Assembly: GCA_905187655.1 (NCBI GenBank)
Contig: CAJJIV010000001.1
Location: 1 to 51,428 of the forward strand
DNA: 51,428 bases
Direction: 5' to 3'
Source: an uncultured Eubacteriales bacterium
Lineage (GTDB): Bacteria > Bacillota > Clostridia > Christensenellales > UBA1242
This document shows, one piece after another, positions 20,186 through 28,161 of the stretch. The notes under the pieces are model-generated. The model worked only from the letters and a program-made list of their open reading frames with translations. It did not search any database and had not been told where the DNA came from. Position numbers and translations under genes: made by a program. The number at the start of each line of letters is the position of its first letter. Positions within the stretch are counted from its first letter, which is position 1.

Positions 20186-21139
20186 ATGATGGAAATCGAA
20201 AGACCTAAAGTTATCTGTGAGGAAGACAACAATGGTGCATATGCTAAATTTACCGTTGCTCCACTTGAAAAGGGGTTTGGTGTAACTCTTGGCAACGCAC
20301 TAAGAAGAACATTGTTATCAGCGTTACCAGGTGCTGGCGTAACTGCAATTAAAATTGCTGGCGTTCAACATGAGTTTTCTACAATTAAGGGCATTAAAGA
20401 AGATGTTACCGAAATTGTACTAAACATGAAGGGTTTAGCTGTTAAAACAAGTGTGTTAGACAATGATTTCAGAAAAGTATTACACCTTTCTCACAAGGGT
20501 GCTGGTGTAGTTACTGCAAGTATGATTGCACACGATGACCAAGTAGAAGTTCTTAACCCAGACTTATACATCTGCACAATGGAAAAAGATGCCAACCTAG
20601 ATATGGACATAACAATTGGCAGAGGCAGAGGATATGTTCTTGCTGATAAAAACAAGGTAGATACCGATCCAGTTGGCACAATTGCCATGGACACAAACTT
20701 TACCCCACTTAAAAAAGTTAACTTTGAAGTTCAAAGCACTCGTGTTGGGCAGAGTATAGACTATGACAAACTTGTTCTAGAAGTAGAAACAAATGGAACT
20801 ATGAGTGCAAAGGAAATAGTTAGTTTGTCCGCTAAACTAGTAAATGACCACTTAAGTTTATTTATTGAACTTGTAGAAAGTATGGCTAGTCAATCATTGT
20901 TAGTTTCTAGCAAAGAAGATAAAGTTATAAAATTGCTTGAAATGAGCATTGAAGACATGGATTTAAGTGTCCGTTCTTACAACTGCTTAAAGAGAGCAAA
21001 TATTAATACCGTAGAAGACTTAACTAAAAAGACTGAAGATGATATGTTAAAAGTTAAAAATCTTGGCAGAAAATCTTTGGATGAAGTAATTAACAAATTA
21101 AATGGCTATGGTTTAAGTCTTAAGAACCAAGAAGAATAA
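20186..21139 (+). CDS. rpoA: DNA-directed RNA polymerase subunit alpha
   Basis: 317 aa with conserved NTD (GNALRR.LLS) and CTD (LSVRSYNCLKRANI). Confidence 0.97.
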   Translation: MMEIERPKVICEEDNNGAYAKFTVAPLEKGFGVTLGNALRRTLLSALPGAGVTAIKIAGVQHEFSTIKGIKEDVTEIVLNMKGLAVKTSVLDNDFRKVLHLSHKGAGVVTASMIAHDDQVEVLNPDLYICTMEKDANLDMDITIGRGRGYVLADKNKVDTDPVGTIAMDTNFTPLKKVNFEVQSTRVGQSIDYDKLVLEVETNGTMSAKEIVSLSAKLVNDHLSLFIELVESMASQSLLVSSKEDKVIKLLEMSIEDMDLSVRSYNCLKRANINTVEDLTKKTEDDMLKVKNLGRKSLDEVINKLNGYGLSLKNQEE

Positions 21140-21153
21140 TTAAGGAGAAAAAT

Positions 21154-21663
21154 ATGGAAACACAAAAATTAGGTTTGCCAACTGACCAAAGAAAGGCATT
21201 GCTAAGAGGATTAGAAACCGAATTGTTATGGCACGGCAGAATTGAAACCACTTTTGCAAACGCAAAAGCTGTTGCAAGACTTGCAGATAAAGACATTACA
21301 ATTGCCATTAATGCAATGAATGATGTTCAGTCTGAAGAAAGAGTTTCTACAAATAGCAAAGGCAAAGAAGTTAAAACAACCGTTGTTAAAGATGGTGCAA
21401 AAAAACTTGCTGCTCGCCGTAAACTAATGGCTCATTTATATGACAAACAGGAAGAAAAGGGCAAAAATGAAAAGAAGTCTGCCTACAAGGCAAGAACCGA
21501 ACAAATTCAACACCCATTAATTGAAAGAATATTTGATGACCTTGCTCCAAAATATGCAAAAAGAGCAGAAGAAGTTGGCTCTAAGGGTGGTTATACCCGC
21601 GTTTTAAAGACCACTTTGCGTAGAGGCGACAATTGTCAAATGGCAATCGTTGAATTAGTTTAA
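21154..21663 (+). CDS. rplQ: 50S ribosomal protein bL17, long form with an internal insertion
   Basis: Conserved N-terminal part (RKALLRGL...RIETT) and C-terminal part (GGYTRVLK...GD...MAIVELV). These flank a ~45-50 aa K/E-rich insert. Confidence 0.93.
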   Translation: METQKLGLPTDQRKALLRGLETELLWHGRIETTFANAKAVARLADKDITIAINAMNDVQSEERVSTNSKGKEVKTTVVKDGAKKLAARRKLMAHLYDKQEEKGKNEKKSAYKARTEQIQHPLIERIFDDLAPKYAKRAEEVGSKGGYTRVLKTTLRRGDNCQMAIVELV

Positions 21664-21709
21664 TTTTTAAACTAGTCACAAATTAGTTTTATAATTGGTT
21701 ATTTTATAT

Positions 21710-21744
21710 GGAATTAAGCACTCTTATGCTTAATTCCTTTTTTA
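21710..21744 (+). terminator. Intrinsic terminator of the ribosomal supercluster
   Basis: Perfect 11-bp stem ggaattaagca/tgcttaattcc, 6-nt loop, T-run. Confidence 0.85.
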
Positions 21745-21798
21745 TTTTACAAAAGTATGCTAAACTAAAAAAAACAAAAGAAAGGAGGAAGTTTGCAT

Positions 21799-22647
21799 AT
21801 GAAAATCCTAAACGGAAAGGATTTGGCTACCACAATTAAAGAAGAGATTAAAACAGAAATACAAAATGACTATATACTTAAGGGCAAAAGTGCACCAACA
21901 TTGGCGGTGGTTTTAGTTGGAGATAATCCTGCAAGCGAAATTTATGTGAGAAATAAGGTAAAAGCCTGTGAATATGTGGGACTTGGTAGTTTAGTCGAAC
22001 GACTGCCCCAAACTGCCACAGAGGCTGAAATTTTGGCTAAAATTGATATGTTAAACAAAAACAATGACATTTCTGGCATTCTAGTGCAACTTCCTTTGCC
22101 CAATAATTTAAACGAAACCAAGGTAATAGAGGCAATTGACCCTAATAAAGATGTAGATGCCTTAAGTTATATAAACAAGGGGAAATTGGTGTCAGGCACA
22201 AATATTATTGCACCCTGCACCGCAAGTGGAATAATAGATATACTAAAAATGAACGGCATAGAAATAAGTGGAAAAAGAGCAGTTGTTGTAGGAAGAAGTC
22301 AATTGGTTGGAAGACCGGTTGAAATATTATTAACCCAGAACAATGCAACTACCACCATTTGCCATAGCCGAACACAAAATTTAAAAGAAATAACAGCTTC
22401 GGCCGACATATTGGTTGTTGCTATAGGCAAACCAAACTTTATAACCGCTGAATATGTTAAAGAAGGTGCGGTGGTAATAGATGTTGGAATAAACAGGGTA
22501 AATGGCAAGGTGGTAGGAGATTGTGATTATAATAATTTACTAGAAAAAGTTGGAGCAATTACTCCTGTGCCTGGAGGTGTTGGACCTATGACAATCACAG
22601 AATTATTAAAAAACACGCTTAAACTTGCAAAGTGTCAAGAGAAATAA
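21799..22647 (+). CDS. folD: Bifunctional methylenetetrahydrofolate dehydrogenase/cyclohydrolase
   Basis: FolD motifs (VGDNPAS..YV, GRS.LVGRP, PGGVGPMT). ATG at 21799 follows AAAGGAGG. Confidence 0.93.
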   Translation: MKILNGKDLATTIKEEIKTEIQNDYILKGKSAPTLAVVLVGDNPASEIYVRNKVKACEYVGLGSLVERLPQTATEAEILAKIDMLNKNNDISGILVQLPLPNNLNETKVIEAIDPNKDVDALSYINKGKLVSGTNIIAPCTASGIIDILKMNGIEISGKRAVVVGRSQLVGRPVEILLTQNNATTTICHSRTQNLKEITASADILVVAIGKPNFITAEYVKEGAVVIDVGINRVNGKVVGDCDYNNLLEKVGAITPVPGGVGPMTITELLKNTLKLAKCQEK

Positions 22648-22739
22648 AAATTTTTATACATATTTACCGAAAAATAAAATGGGTCTAGACAAAAAACAGA
22701 AATTGTGCTAATATATTTATCGTAAACAAATAAAATCAT

Positions 22740-22768
22740 TTTACAATCTCATCGGATTTTGGTACAAT
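22740..22768 (+). promoter_or_regulatory. Candidate promoter of the accessory cassette
   Basis: TTTACA, 17-nt spacer, TGg-TACAAT. A second candidate is TAGACA-18-TGc-TAATAT at 22685-22714. Confidence 0.5.
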
Positions 22769-22800
22769 AATTATTGATTAAAATTTGAGGTTTGTTTTAT

Positions 22801-23133
22801 ATGAAGACATATGTTTACCCAGCCGTTATTTATGAAAACAAAGATGGCACTTATTATGCATCTATTATAGACCTTAACTTGTTGGCCGTTGGCGATACCG
22901 AACAAGATGCATTTATTCAAGCAAGAAATAGTTTAAAATCTTATTTTGAATTGTCGGCAAGATTTGACACCGAGGTGCCAGAACCATCAGATTTTAAACT
23001 AATTAAATCCAAATATCCAAAGCAAACTGTGGTTATGCTAGATGTATTGGTAAACGAAAGTGACCAAATACCAACCAAAGAAGACCAAAAGTACAAAGAT
23101 TTTATGAAATTGTTCTTTGATGAAGGTGAATAA
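22801..23133 (+). CDS. HicB-like antitoxin-fold (UPF0150-like) protein with no recognisable DNA-binding domain
   Basis: N-terminus YVYPAVIYENKDGTYYASIIDL...GDTEQDAFIQARNSLKSY fits the HicB N-domain pattern (Y-P-A...DG-Y...G-T-E-A). Confidence 0.55.
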   Translation: MKTYVYPAVIYENKDGTYYASIIDLNLLAVGDTEQDAFIQARNSLKSYFELSARFDTEVPEPSDFKLIKSKYPKQTVVMLDVLVNESDQIPTKEDQKYKDFMKLFFDEGE

Positions 23134-23147
23134 GGAGGCATAAAGTT

Positions 23148-23450
23148 ATGGATAAAGATTATCAAACTGACTTAGTTGTTCTTGCGCTTGCAGTTGGTTT
23201 TCAAACGGTGGCAAAGGACAAGAATATATATTTGACGACAATTTACAAAAAACAAACAAAAATGTACCCTTTTAACGAAAAGCAAGATGATATGCTATGT
23301 GGAAAGAGCGCCGAGATTTTGGCAATTATAGATGAAAGACTTGGTGTTAAAACCGACAGTAAAGACCTTAACAAAAGATACAAAGTTTTTTACGAAGCTC
23401 TTGCCGATGAAAATCATCCATTTTGGAAAATTGCAAAAGCAAATATGTAG
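23148..23450 (+). CDS. Hypothetical protein (100 aa)
   Basis: ORF with AAGGAGG SD, 14 nt after the previous stop. No recognised motif. Confidence 0.6.
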   Translation: MDKDYQTDLVVLALAVGFQTVAKDKNIYLTTIYKKQTKMYPFNEKQDDMLCGKSAEILAIIDERLGVKTDSKDLNKRYKVFYEALADENHPFWKIAKANM

Positions 23451-23458
23451 GAGGTTTT

Positions 23459-23671
23459 ATGAAAACAGTGAACAGAGCATATGGGGATTATGTTAAGCAA
23501 CTACTTGAAAAAGCGGGAGAAATTTTTAAAAACCTTACAACTGGTAAAACAGGAGAAGAAATCTTAAACAAAATAAGCACTGTTATAAAAAACGCTGAAA
23601 AGTGTTTAAAAGGTGAAATGCTTCTAGGTGGCACAATGCTTAATAAATTTATAGAGCCAACACTATCTTAA
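23459..23671 (+). CDS. Hypothetical small helical protein (70 aa)
   Basis: ATG at 23459 follows AGGAGG. The track start at 23423 lies inside the upstream gene. Confidence 0.55.
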   Translation: MKTVNRAYGDYVKQLLEKAGEIFKNLTTGKTGEEILNKISTVIKNAEKCLKGEMLLGGTMLNKFIEPTLS

Positions 23672-23683
23672 AGGAGAAATTTG

Positions 23684-24223
23684 GTGTCTACAAACTATCT
23701 AAAAGAAATAGCAACCACAATTGGTTGGCGTTTTGTTAACGATGGAGATAGATATGGTGTTTACGAATACATAAAGCAAGAAAACAAGTATGAATCTATC
23801 TGCCACATACTAAGAATTTATAATGACCCTAGTCAAGAAGAACTATATGAAATGTTTGAAACTCTTAAACGGGTTTTGCCACGAAAACTTAAAAAGGCAC
23901 TTGAAAAAATTACTAAGGGTGTAAAATTAGAAGAATTAGAAACGGTTGCTGACGTAATTAAATTTACGGTGGAAGAGTACAAATTTAAAACTGATTATGC
24001 CAAACTAAACGAGTATGGCAAGCTTTTAGGTGTTGACATACAAAAACTTGGATATAGTTTTAAGTATAAATTAACAAAAAAAGAGCGTGCAGAAATTTTG
24101 GCAAAAATTGAAATTGCCTTACCCATAGAAATTGCACCAATTTTGGGTAATATTAAAAAGGTGGATTACAAACTGGCATATATTAAAAAAAATAAGGCAA
24201 GTTTATTAGATAAAGAAGCATAA
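23684..24223 (+). CDS. Hypothetical protein (~179 aa)
   Basis: AAGGAG SD with GTG 7 nt downstream (TTG at 23681 is the alternative). No recognised motif. Confidence 0.6.
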   Translation: MSTNYLKEIATTIGWRFVNDGDRYGVYEYIKQENKYESICHILRIYNDPSQEELYEMFETLKRVLPRKLKKALEKITKGVKLEELETVADVIKFTVEEYKFKTDYAKLNEYGKLLGVDIQKLGYSFKYKLTKKERAEILAKIEIALPIEIAPILGNIKKVDYKLAYIKKNKASLLDKEA

Positions 24224-24229
24224 TATATA

Positions 24230-24273
24230 AGAGCAGATAAGTTAATGAGTATTGACTTTTCTGCTCTTTTGTT
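24230..24273 (+). terminator. Intrinsic terminator splitting the cassette into two units
   Basis: Stem agagcaga(t)aagt/actt(t)tctgctct followed by ttttgtt. Confidence 0.55.
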
Positions 24274-24280
24274 ATATTAT
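24252..24280 (+). promoter_or_regulatory. Promoter of the paralog array
   Basis: TTGACT (24252-24257), 17-nt spacer, TATTAT (24275-24280). Confidence 0.55.
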
Positions 24281-24312
24281 AATAATATAAATACACGAAA
24301 AGGAAGGCTTTA

Positions 24313-24885
24313 ATGACATTATTAACAGGATATTATGCTGACAAACAAAATTATGGCGAAATTGACCTTAATGCGTGTGCTGATAATTCCAAACGGGCTT
24401 ATATTAAATACCTAAAAGATTTGTGCAAACAGAGCATAAGCCTTGCCAAAGAATCTTTAACACATGGACATAAAAAAGAGGCTAAAAACAATTTAAATAA
24501 ATTTTATAATTACCATAAAAAACTTAATAAAATCAATCCGCTTAGTCCACTAGAATTTATAAATTATCTTAAAGACCAAGAAATTGACATTGCTGTTCAT
24601 AAACTGGGAGACATTGTAACAGAAATTAATTCTACAACTGGTGATAAAAGTTTTAAAACAAATAATAAATTGCAATACCAAAAAGATTATTTAATAAGGT
24701 ACATAACCGATTTGGCAAACCTTAAAGATAATAAAAGCATTGCAATTTTTTTGGCTCAAAGAGTTACCAGAACTTCCGGGGCTTCAGCAGAAAAGAGCAG
24801 TGTAGAAATACATTTAGATGTAGACTTAAAAAATGCATATGATAACTATTTAGAAAATCAAATGGACGATAAATTTAGTGATTAA
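24313..24885 (+). CDS. Hypothetical helical protein, paralog family member 1 (190 aa)
   Basis: AAGGAAGG SD. Shares three collinear motif blocks with the next three ORFs. Confidence 0.7.
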   Translation: MTLLTGYYADKQNYGEIDLNACADNSKRAYIKYLKDLCKQSISLAKESLTHGHKKEAKNNLNKFYNYHKKLNKINPLSPLEFINYLKDQEIDIAVHKLGDIVTEINSTTGDKSFKTNNKLQYQKDYLIRYITDLANLKDNKSIAIFLAQRVTRTSGASAEKSSVEIHLDVDLKNAYDNYLENQMDDKFSD

Positions 24886-24927
24886 CAAACAAAAATAAAA
24901 TATTAATAAAAGAAAGGGGGGAAAAAG

Positions 24928-25671
24928 ATGGCTTATTTATCAGAATTCGCATCAAAAATTAAGGAGCAATTTGGTTGCGATGGTTTAGCCCAAGAAACTA
25001 TTGATAGTGCAAAAGAAGTTGGCAAGCGAGTGTACTACGAAAAATTGCGTTACAAAAGTGTGGAATGTTTACAAATGGCAAAATGTCAAATGTCAAAAGG
25101 GGACAAAAAAAGTGCAAAAGCGTGGTTAGATGCACATAAGAAATTTCGCAAATTAGCAAAAGAAGTAAAGAATATGTCAACCAGCGCATTTTTTGCTAAG
25201 CTTGCACAACAAGAGAAAAGGGAAACAATGTATGTTCTGCAAGATATAATTGCAAAGTATGAAAAATTGGCAGGCAAAGAAAATCCTACCAAAGAACAAA
25301 AGCAACTGATGCAATATTATTCTGAAACAACCAAAGGATTGTATCAAATTTTGTCTGAATTGTATCAAAGTCCACAAATTGCCGAGTATTACCGAGCAAG
25401 CAAACTTGCTTATGATATGGGTGGTTGTAAAATTGATTTTAATAAAGAATTGCATGATGAATTAACTGGCAAAGCAAGAAAAATTGAGCCAGTAGTTTTA
25501 ACAGAAGACACTAAAACAACTTTACAAAGATTAGATAGTTTGTTTAATAAAGGTTATGACCTAAACGATAGCAAAAGCATATATCATCAATATTGTGCAA
25601 AATATGCTGTGGCACTTGGCTTGCAATTTGGCGTAATAAAGGGTCAAATACAACAAGGAGAAATTGAATAA
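24928..25671 (+). CDS. Hypothetical helical protein, paralog family member 2 (247 aa)
   Basis: GGGGGGA SD. Motif blocks shared with 24313, 25671 and 26150. Confidence 0.7.
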   Translation: MAYLSEFASKIKEQFGCDGLAQETIDSAKEVGKRVYYEKLRYKSVECLQMAKCQMSKGDKKSAKAWLDAHKKFRKLAKEVKNMSTSAFFAKLAQQEKRETMYVLQDIIAKYEKLAGKENPTKEQKQLMQYYSETTKGLYQILSELYQSPQIAEYYRASKLAYDMGGCKIDFNKELHDELTGKARKIEPVVLTEDTKTTLQRLDSLFNKGYDLNDSKSIYHQYCAKYAVALGLQFGVIKGQIQQGEIE

Positions 25672-26138
25672 TGGGTTCATTGATATTAGATTTTGGAACC
25701 AAGGTAACAAATTCAGATTGGGAATCTAGCAAAAATTACGAACAGGCATTAAGAGCGGGTAGAACGACATATCTTGAATTTGCAATATCGATAGCAAAAA
25801 CACCAAAAGCCCAAAAAGAAGTTGCGAAGTTAAGTGAATTGTCGCTAAAAGAGTTTTACATTTTATTGCGTGAAAGAGAGATTAAACTTGCTACATCTGG
25901 TGGGTTTGGAAAGCAGAATGAACAAGCGGAGAAATATGCAACAGAAATAAGAAATTGGCCAATGTTAACTAATTATTTTTTAGCTAGTAGATTGGTTGAA
26001 TCCAACGGAAGGTCAAGTCAAATTGGTTATTGTCAAATGGAGATAGACAAATATTTAGGACGTGCTAAAAGACAGTATATAACTCCAACCCCATATTGTC
26101 AGCGAGATAACCAAAATATAGGAAACGAAAATGAATAA
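25671..26138 (+). CDS. Hypothetical helical protein, paralog family member 3 (155 aa)
   Basis: TAATG overlap with the upstream gene. Motif blocks LSLKEFYILLREREIKLA and FLASRLVESNGRS. Confidence 0.7.
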   Translation: MGSLILDFGTKVTNSDWESSKNYEQALRAGRTTYLEFAISIAKTPKAQKEVAKLSELSLKEFYILLREREIKLATSGGFGKQNEQAEKYATEIRNWPMLTNYFLASRLVESNGRSSQIGYCQMEIDKYLGRAKRQYITPTPYCQRDNQNIGNENE

Positions 26139-26149
26139 GGAGATTGTTC

Positions 26150-26758
26150 GTGGCATTATTTAATGATGTAAAAGAAGATATAAGAAAGCTTTCTTCAGCC
26201 GAAATTAACGATATTTTTGAAGATGCAAAATATATTTACCGATTAAAACTAGAAAAAGAAAGATATATATTAAATTCAATGTACGAGAACCAAAACAAAG
26301 ATAAAAACCACGAGGTGTTTGTAAGGAGTTGCGGAGCAAGACTTAATTCACTATCAAAGTCCATTGATTTAATTGAAGAAACCAAGGCTGAAGATTTCGC
26401 AGATATAATGGTCATTCAGTTTAAAGATGCGTTAACAGAATTGATGTCAGATTACCTTAAAGCATATATACCAAACCTTAAAAGAGCACAAACCATTGGA
26501 GAAGGCCATAAGGCATATACCTGGCAAAAAAAAGCGCTTAGGACCAAAGAGTTTTATGGATTAGCAATAGGAATTGTTAACGAAATACAATTAGAAATGA
26601 TTTCTGAGGACTTAAAAGATATTGTAAAACCCTATTTATGTCAACAAGTTGTTTTACAAAAAGGTGAAGTGGTAAATAATTGGAAGAGTCTATTAGATAA
26701 AGTAATAAAAGGTAAGGCACTAATTCAGTTAACGCAAGAAGACCAAACTGAACAATAA
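26150..26758 (+). CDS. Hypothetical helical protein, probable paralog family member 4 (~202 aa)
   Basis: AAGGAG SD with GTG 7 nt downstream (the track TTG at 26144 is too close). Weaker shared blocks LEKERY and YLCQQVVLQKGEV. Confidence 0.6.
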   Translation: MALFNDVKEDIRKLSSAEINDIFEDAKYIYRLKLEKERYILNSMYENQNKDKNHEVFVRSCGARLNSLSKSIDLIEETKAEDFADIMVIQFKDALTELMSDYLKAYIPNLKRAQTIGEGHKAYTWQKKALRTKEFYGLAIGIVNEIQLEMISEDLKDIVKPYLCQQVVLQKGEVVNNWKSLLDKVIKGKALIQLTQEDQTEQ

Positions 26759-26771
26759 ATTAAAATATTAA

Positions 26772-26800
26772 AAACCGCTAAAGTGTTTCTTTAGCGGTTT
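26772..26800. terminator. Bidirectional terminator between the cassette and serS
   Basis: Perfect 12-bp stem aaaccgctaaag/ctttagcggttt with T-runs on both strands. Confidence 0.85.
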
Positions 26801-26811
26801 AATTTTATTTT

Positions 26812-28101
26812 TTAGTTCTTTTTAGGTTCAATTTTTGTTTTGCCACCCATATATGGTCGTAGTACTGTTGGAATATTTACACTGCCATCTTCATTTAAGT
26901 GATTTTCAATAAGTGCTATTAGCATTCTTGGTGGGGCAACAACGGTGTTATTTAGTGTGTGTGCAAAGTGGTTGCCGGTTGCATCTTTAAACTTAATTCC
27001 AAGTCTTCTTGCTTGGGCATCGGTAAGATTACTGCAAGAACCAACTTCAAAATATTTTTGCTGTCTAGGGCTCCAAGCCTCTACATCTAGACTTTTATAT
27101 TTAAGGTCGGCAAGGTCGCCTGAACAACAAATAAGTGTTCTAACAGGAATTTCCATAGAAACAAACAAATCCACAGTGTTTTGCCAAAGTTTTTTATACC
27201 AAGTTTCACTTTCTTCTGGCTTGCAAATTACTATCATTTCTTGCTTTTCAAATTGATGAATGCGGTAAATTCCTCGTTCTTCAATGCCGTGAGCACCTTT
27301 TTCTTTTCTAAAACAAGGCGAATAGCTAGTAAGAGTAAGTGGCAATTTCTTTTCATCAATAATTGTATTCATAAATCTGCCAATCATAGAATGTTCACTG
27401 GTGCCAATTAAATAAAGGTCTTCGCCTTCAATTTTGTACATCATATTGTCCATTTCATCAAAACTCATTACACCGGTAACTACATCGCTTCTAATCATAT
27501 ATGGTGGAATTACATAGGTAAAACCACGGTCAATCATAAAATCTCGAGCATAACTAAGTACGGCACTATGCAATCTGGCAATGTCCCCTGTTAAGTAATA
27601 AAAACCTTGCCCGCTTGTTCGCCTTGCACTATCTACATCTATGCCATCAAGATTTTCCAAAATGTCTAGATGGTAGGGAATATCAAAAGGTTTAAGTTTT
27701 GGTTCCAAAAATCTTTGACCCTCCACATTTTTGCTGTCATCTTCGCCAAGTGGCACATCATCAGCAATAATATTAGGAATGGTCATCATAATTTTTTTAA
27801 GTTCGCCGTTAAGCAAATTTTGATTTTCTTCTTCGGCAGAAATTTTTGAGTTTATTTCATTAACTTTTGCCTTGTTTTTGTCGGCTTCGGCGATATTCTT
27901 TTCTTTCATAAATTTGCCAATTAGTGAAGAAAGAGTGTTTCGTTCTGCTCTAAGGGTTTCTGCCTTAGTTTTGCTTTCTCTTATTTGTTTGTCTAGTTCA
28001 ACAGCCTTGTCAACCAAATTAAGCTTATGGTTTTGAAACTTTTTTTTAATATTTTCTTTAACAAGGTCTGGATTGGTTCTTAGCAAATTAATATCTATCA
28101 T
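26812..28101 (-). CDS. serS: Serine--tRNA ligase
   Basis: 429 aa with an N-terminal coiled-coil arm and class II core (TSEHS, FRKE.G..G...RG..R.HQF.K.E). Confidence 0.95.
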   Translation of the reverse strand: MIDINLLRTNPDLVKENIKKKFQNHKLNLVDKAVELDKQIRESKTKAETLRAERNTLSSLIGKFMKEKNIAEADKNKAKVNEINSKISAEEENQNLLNGELKKIMMTIPNIIADDVPLGEDDSKNVEGQRFLEPKLKPFDIPYHLDILENLDGIDVDSARRTSGQGFYYLTGDIARLHSAVLSYARDFMIDRGFTYVIPPYMIRSDVVTGVMSFDEMDNMMYKIEGEDLYLIGTSEHSMIGRFMNTIIDEKKLPLTLTSYSPCFRKEKGAHGIEERGIYRIHQFEKQEMIVICKPEESETWYKKLWQNTVDLFVSMEIPVRTLICCSGDLADLKYKSLDVEAWSPRQQKYFEVGSCSNLTDAQARRLGIKFKDATGNHFAHTLNNTVVAPPRMLIALIENHLNEDGSVNIPTVLRPYMGGKTKIEPKKN

Positions 28102-28129
28102 AGTAAAATGTCCTTTAATTTTTTGTATT

Positions 28130-28159
28130 ATTATAAACCCAACAACACAAGTTTGTCAA
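28130..28159 (-). promoter_or_regulatory. serS promoter (short leader, no T-box)
   Basis: Minus strand TTGACA (28154-28159), 18-nt spacer, TATAAT (28130-28135). Confidence 0.6.
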
Positions 28160-28161
28160 TT

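Noticed and set aside
6694-21308. Numerous antisense or out-of-frame track ORFs inside the ribosomal supercluster (e.g. 7223-7660, 11792-12208, 14298-14816, 14801-15157, 15257-15439, 15881-16363, 19337-19690)
   Set aside because: Each lies fully inside a highly conserved gene on the other strand or in another frame. They are shadow ORFs of biased codon usage.
22648-23450. Search for a HicA toxin partner of the HicB-like gene
   Set aside because: There is no ORF of HicA size or pattern upstream, and the downstream 100-aa protein lacks the HicA-like signature. I therefore do not call a HicAB pair.
22941-25732. Antisense track ORFs inside the accessory cassette (22941-23165, 24998-25189, 25086-25292, 25177-25455, 25544-25732)
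   Set aside because: They have no SD, low-complexity translations and complete overlap with better same-strand ORFs that have SDs and tight spacing.
28102-28161. T-box leader upstream of serS (and of alaS at 31479-31494)
   Set aside because: The upstream spaces are only about 60 nt and 16 nt. They hold a promoter and an SD respectively, with no room for a T-box.
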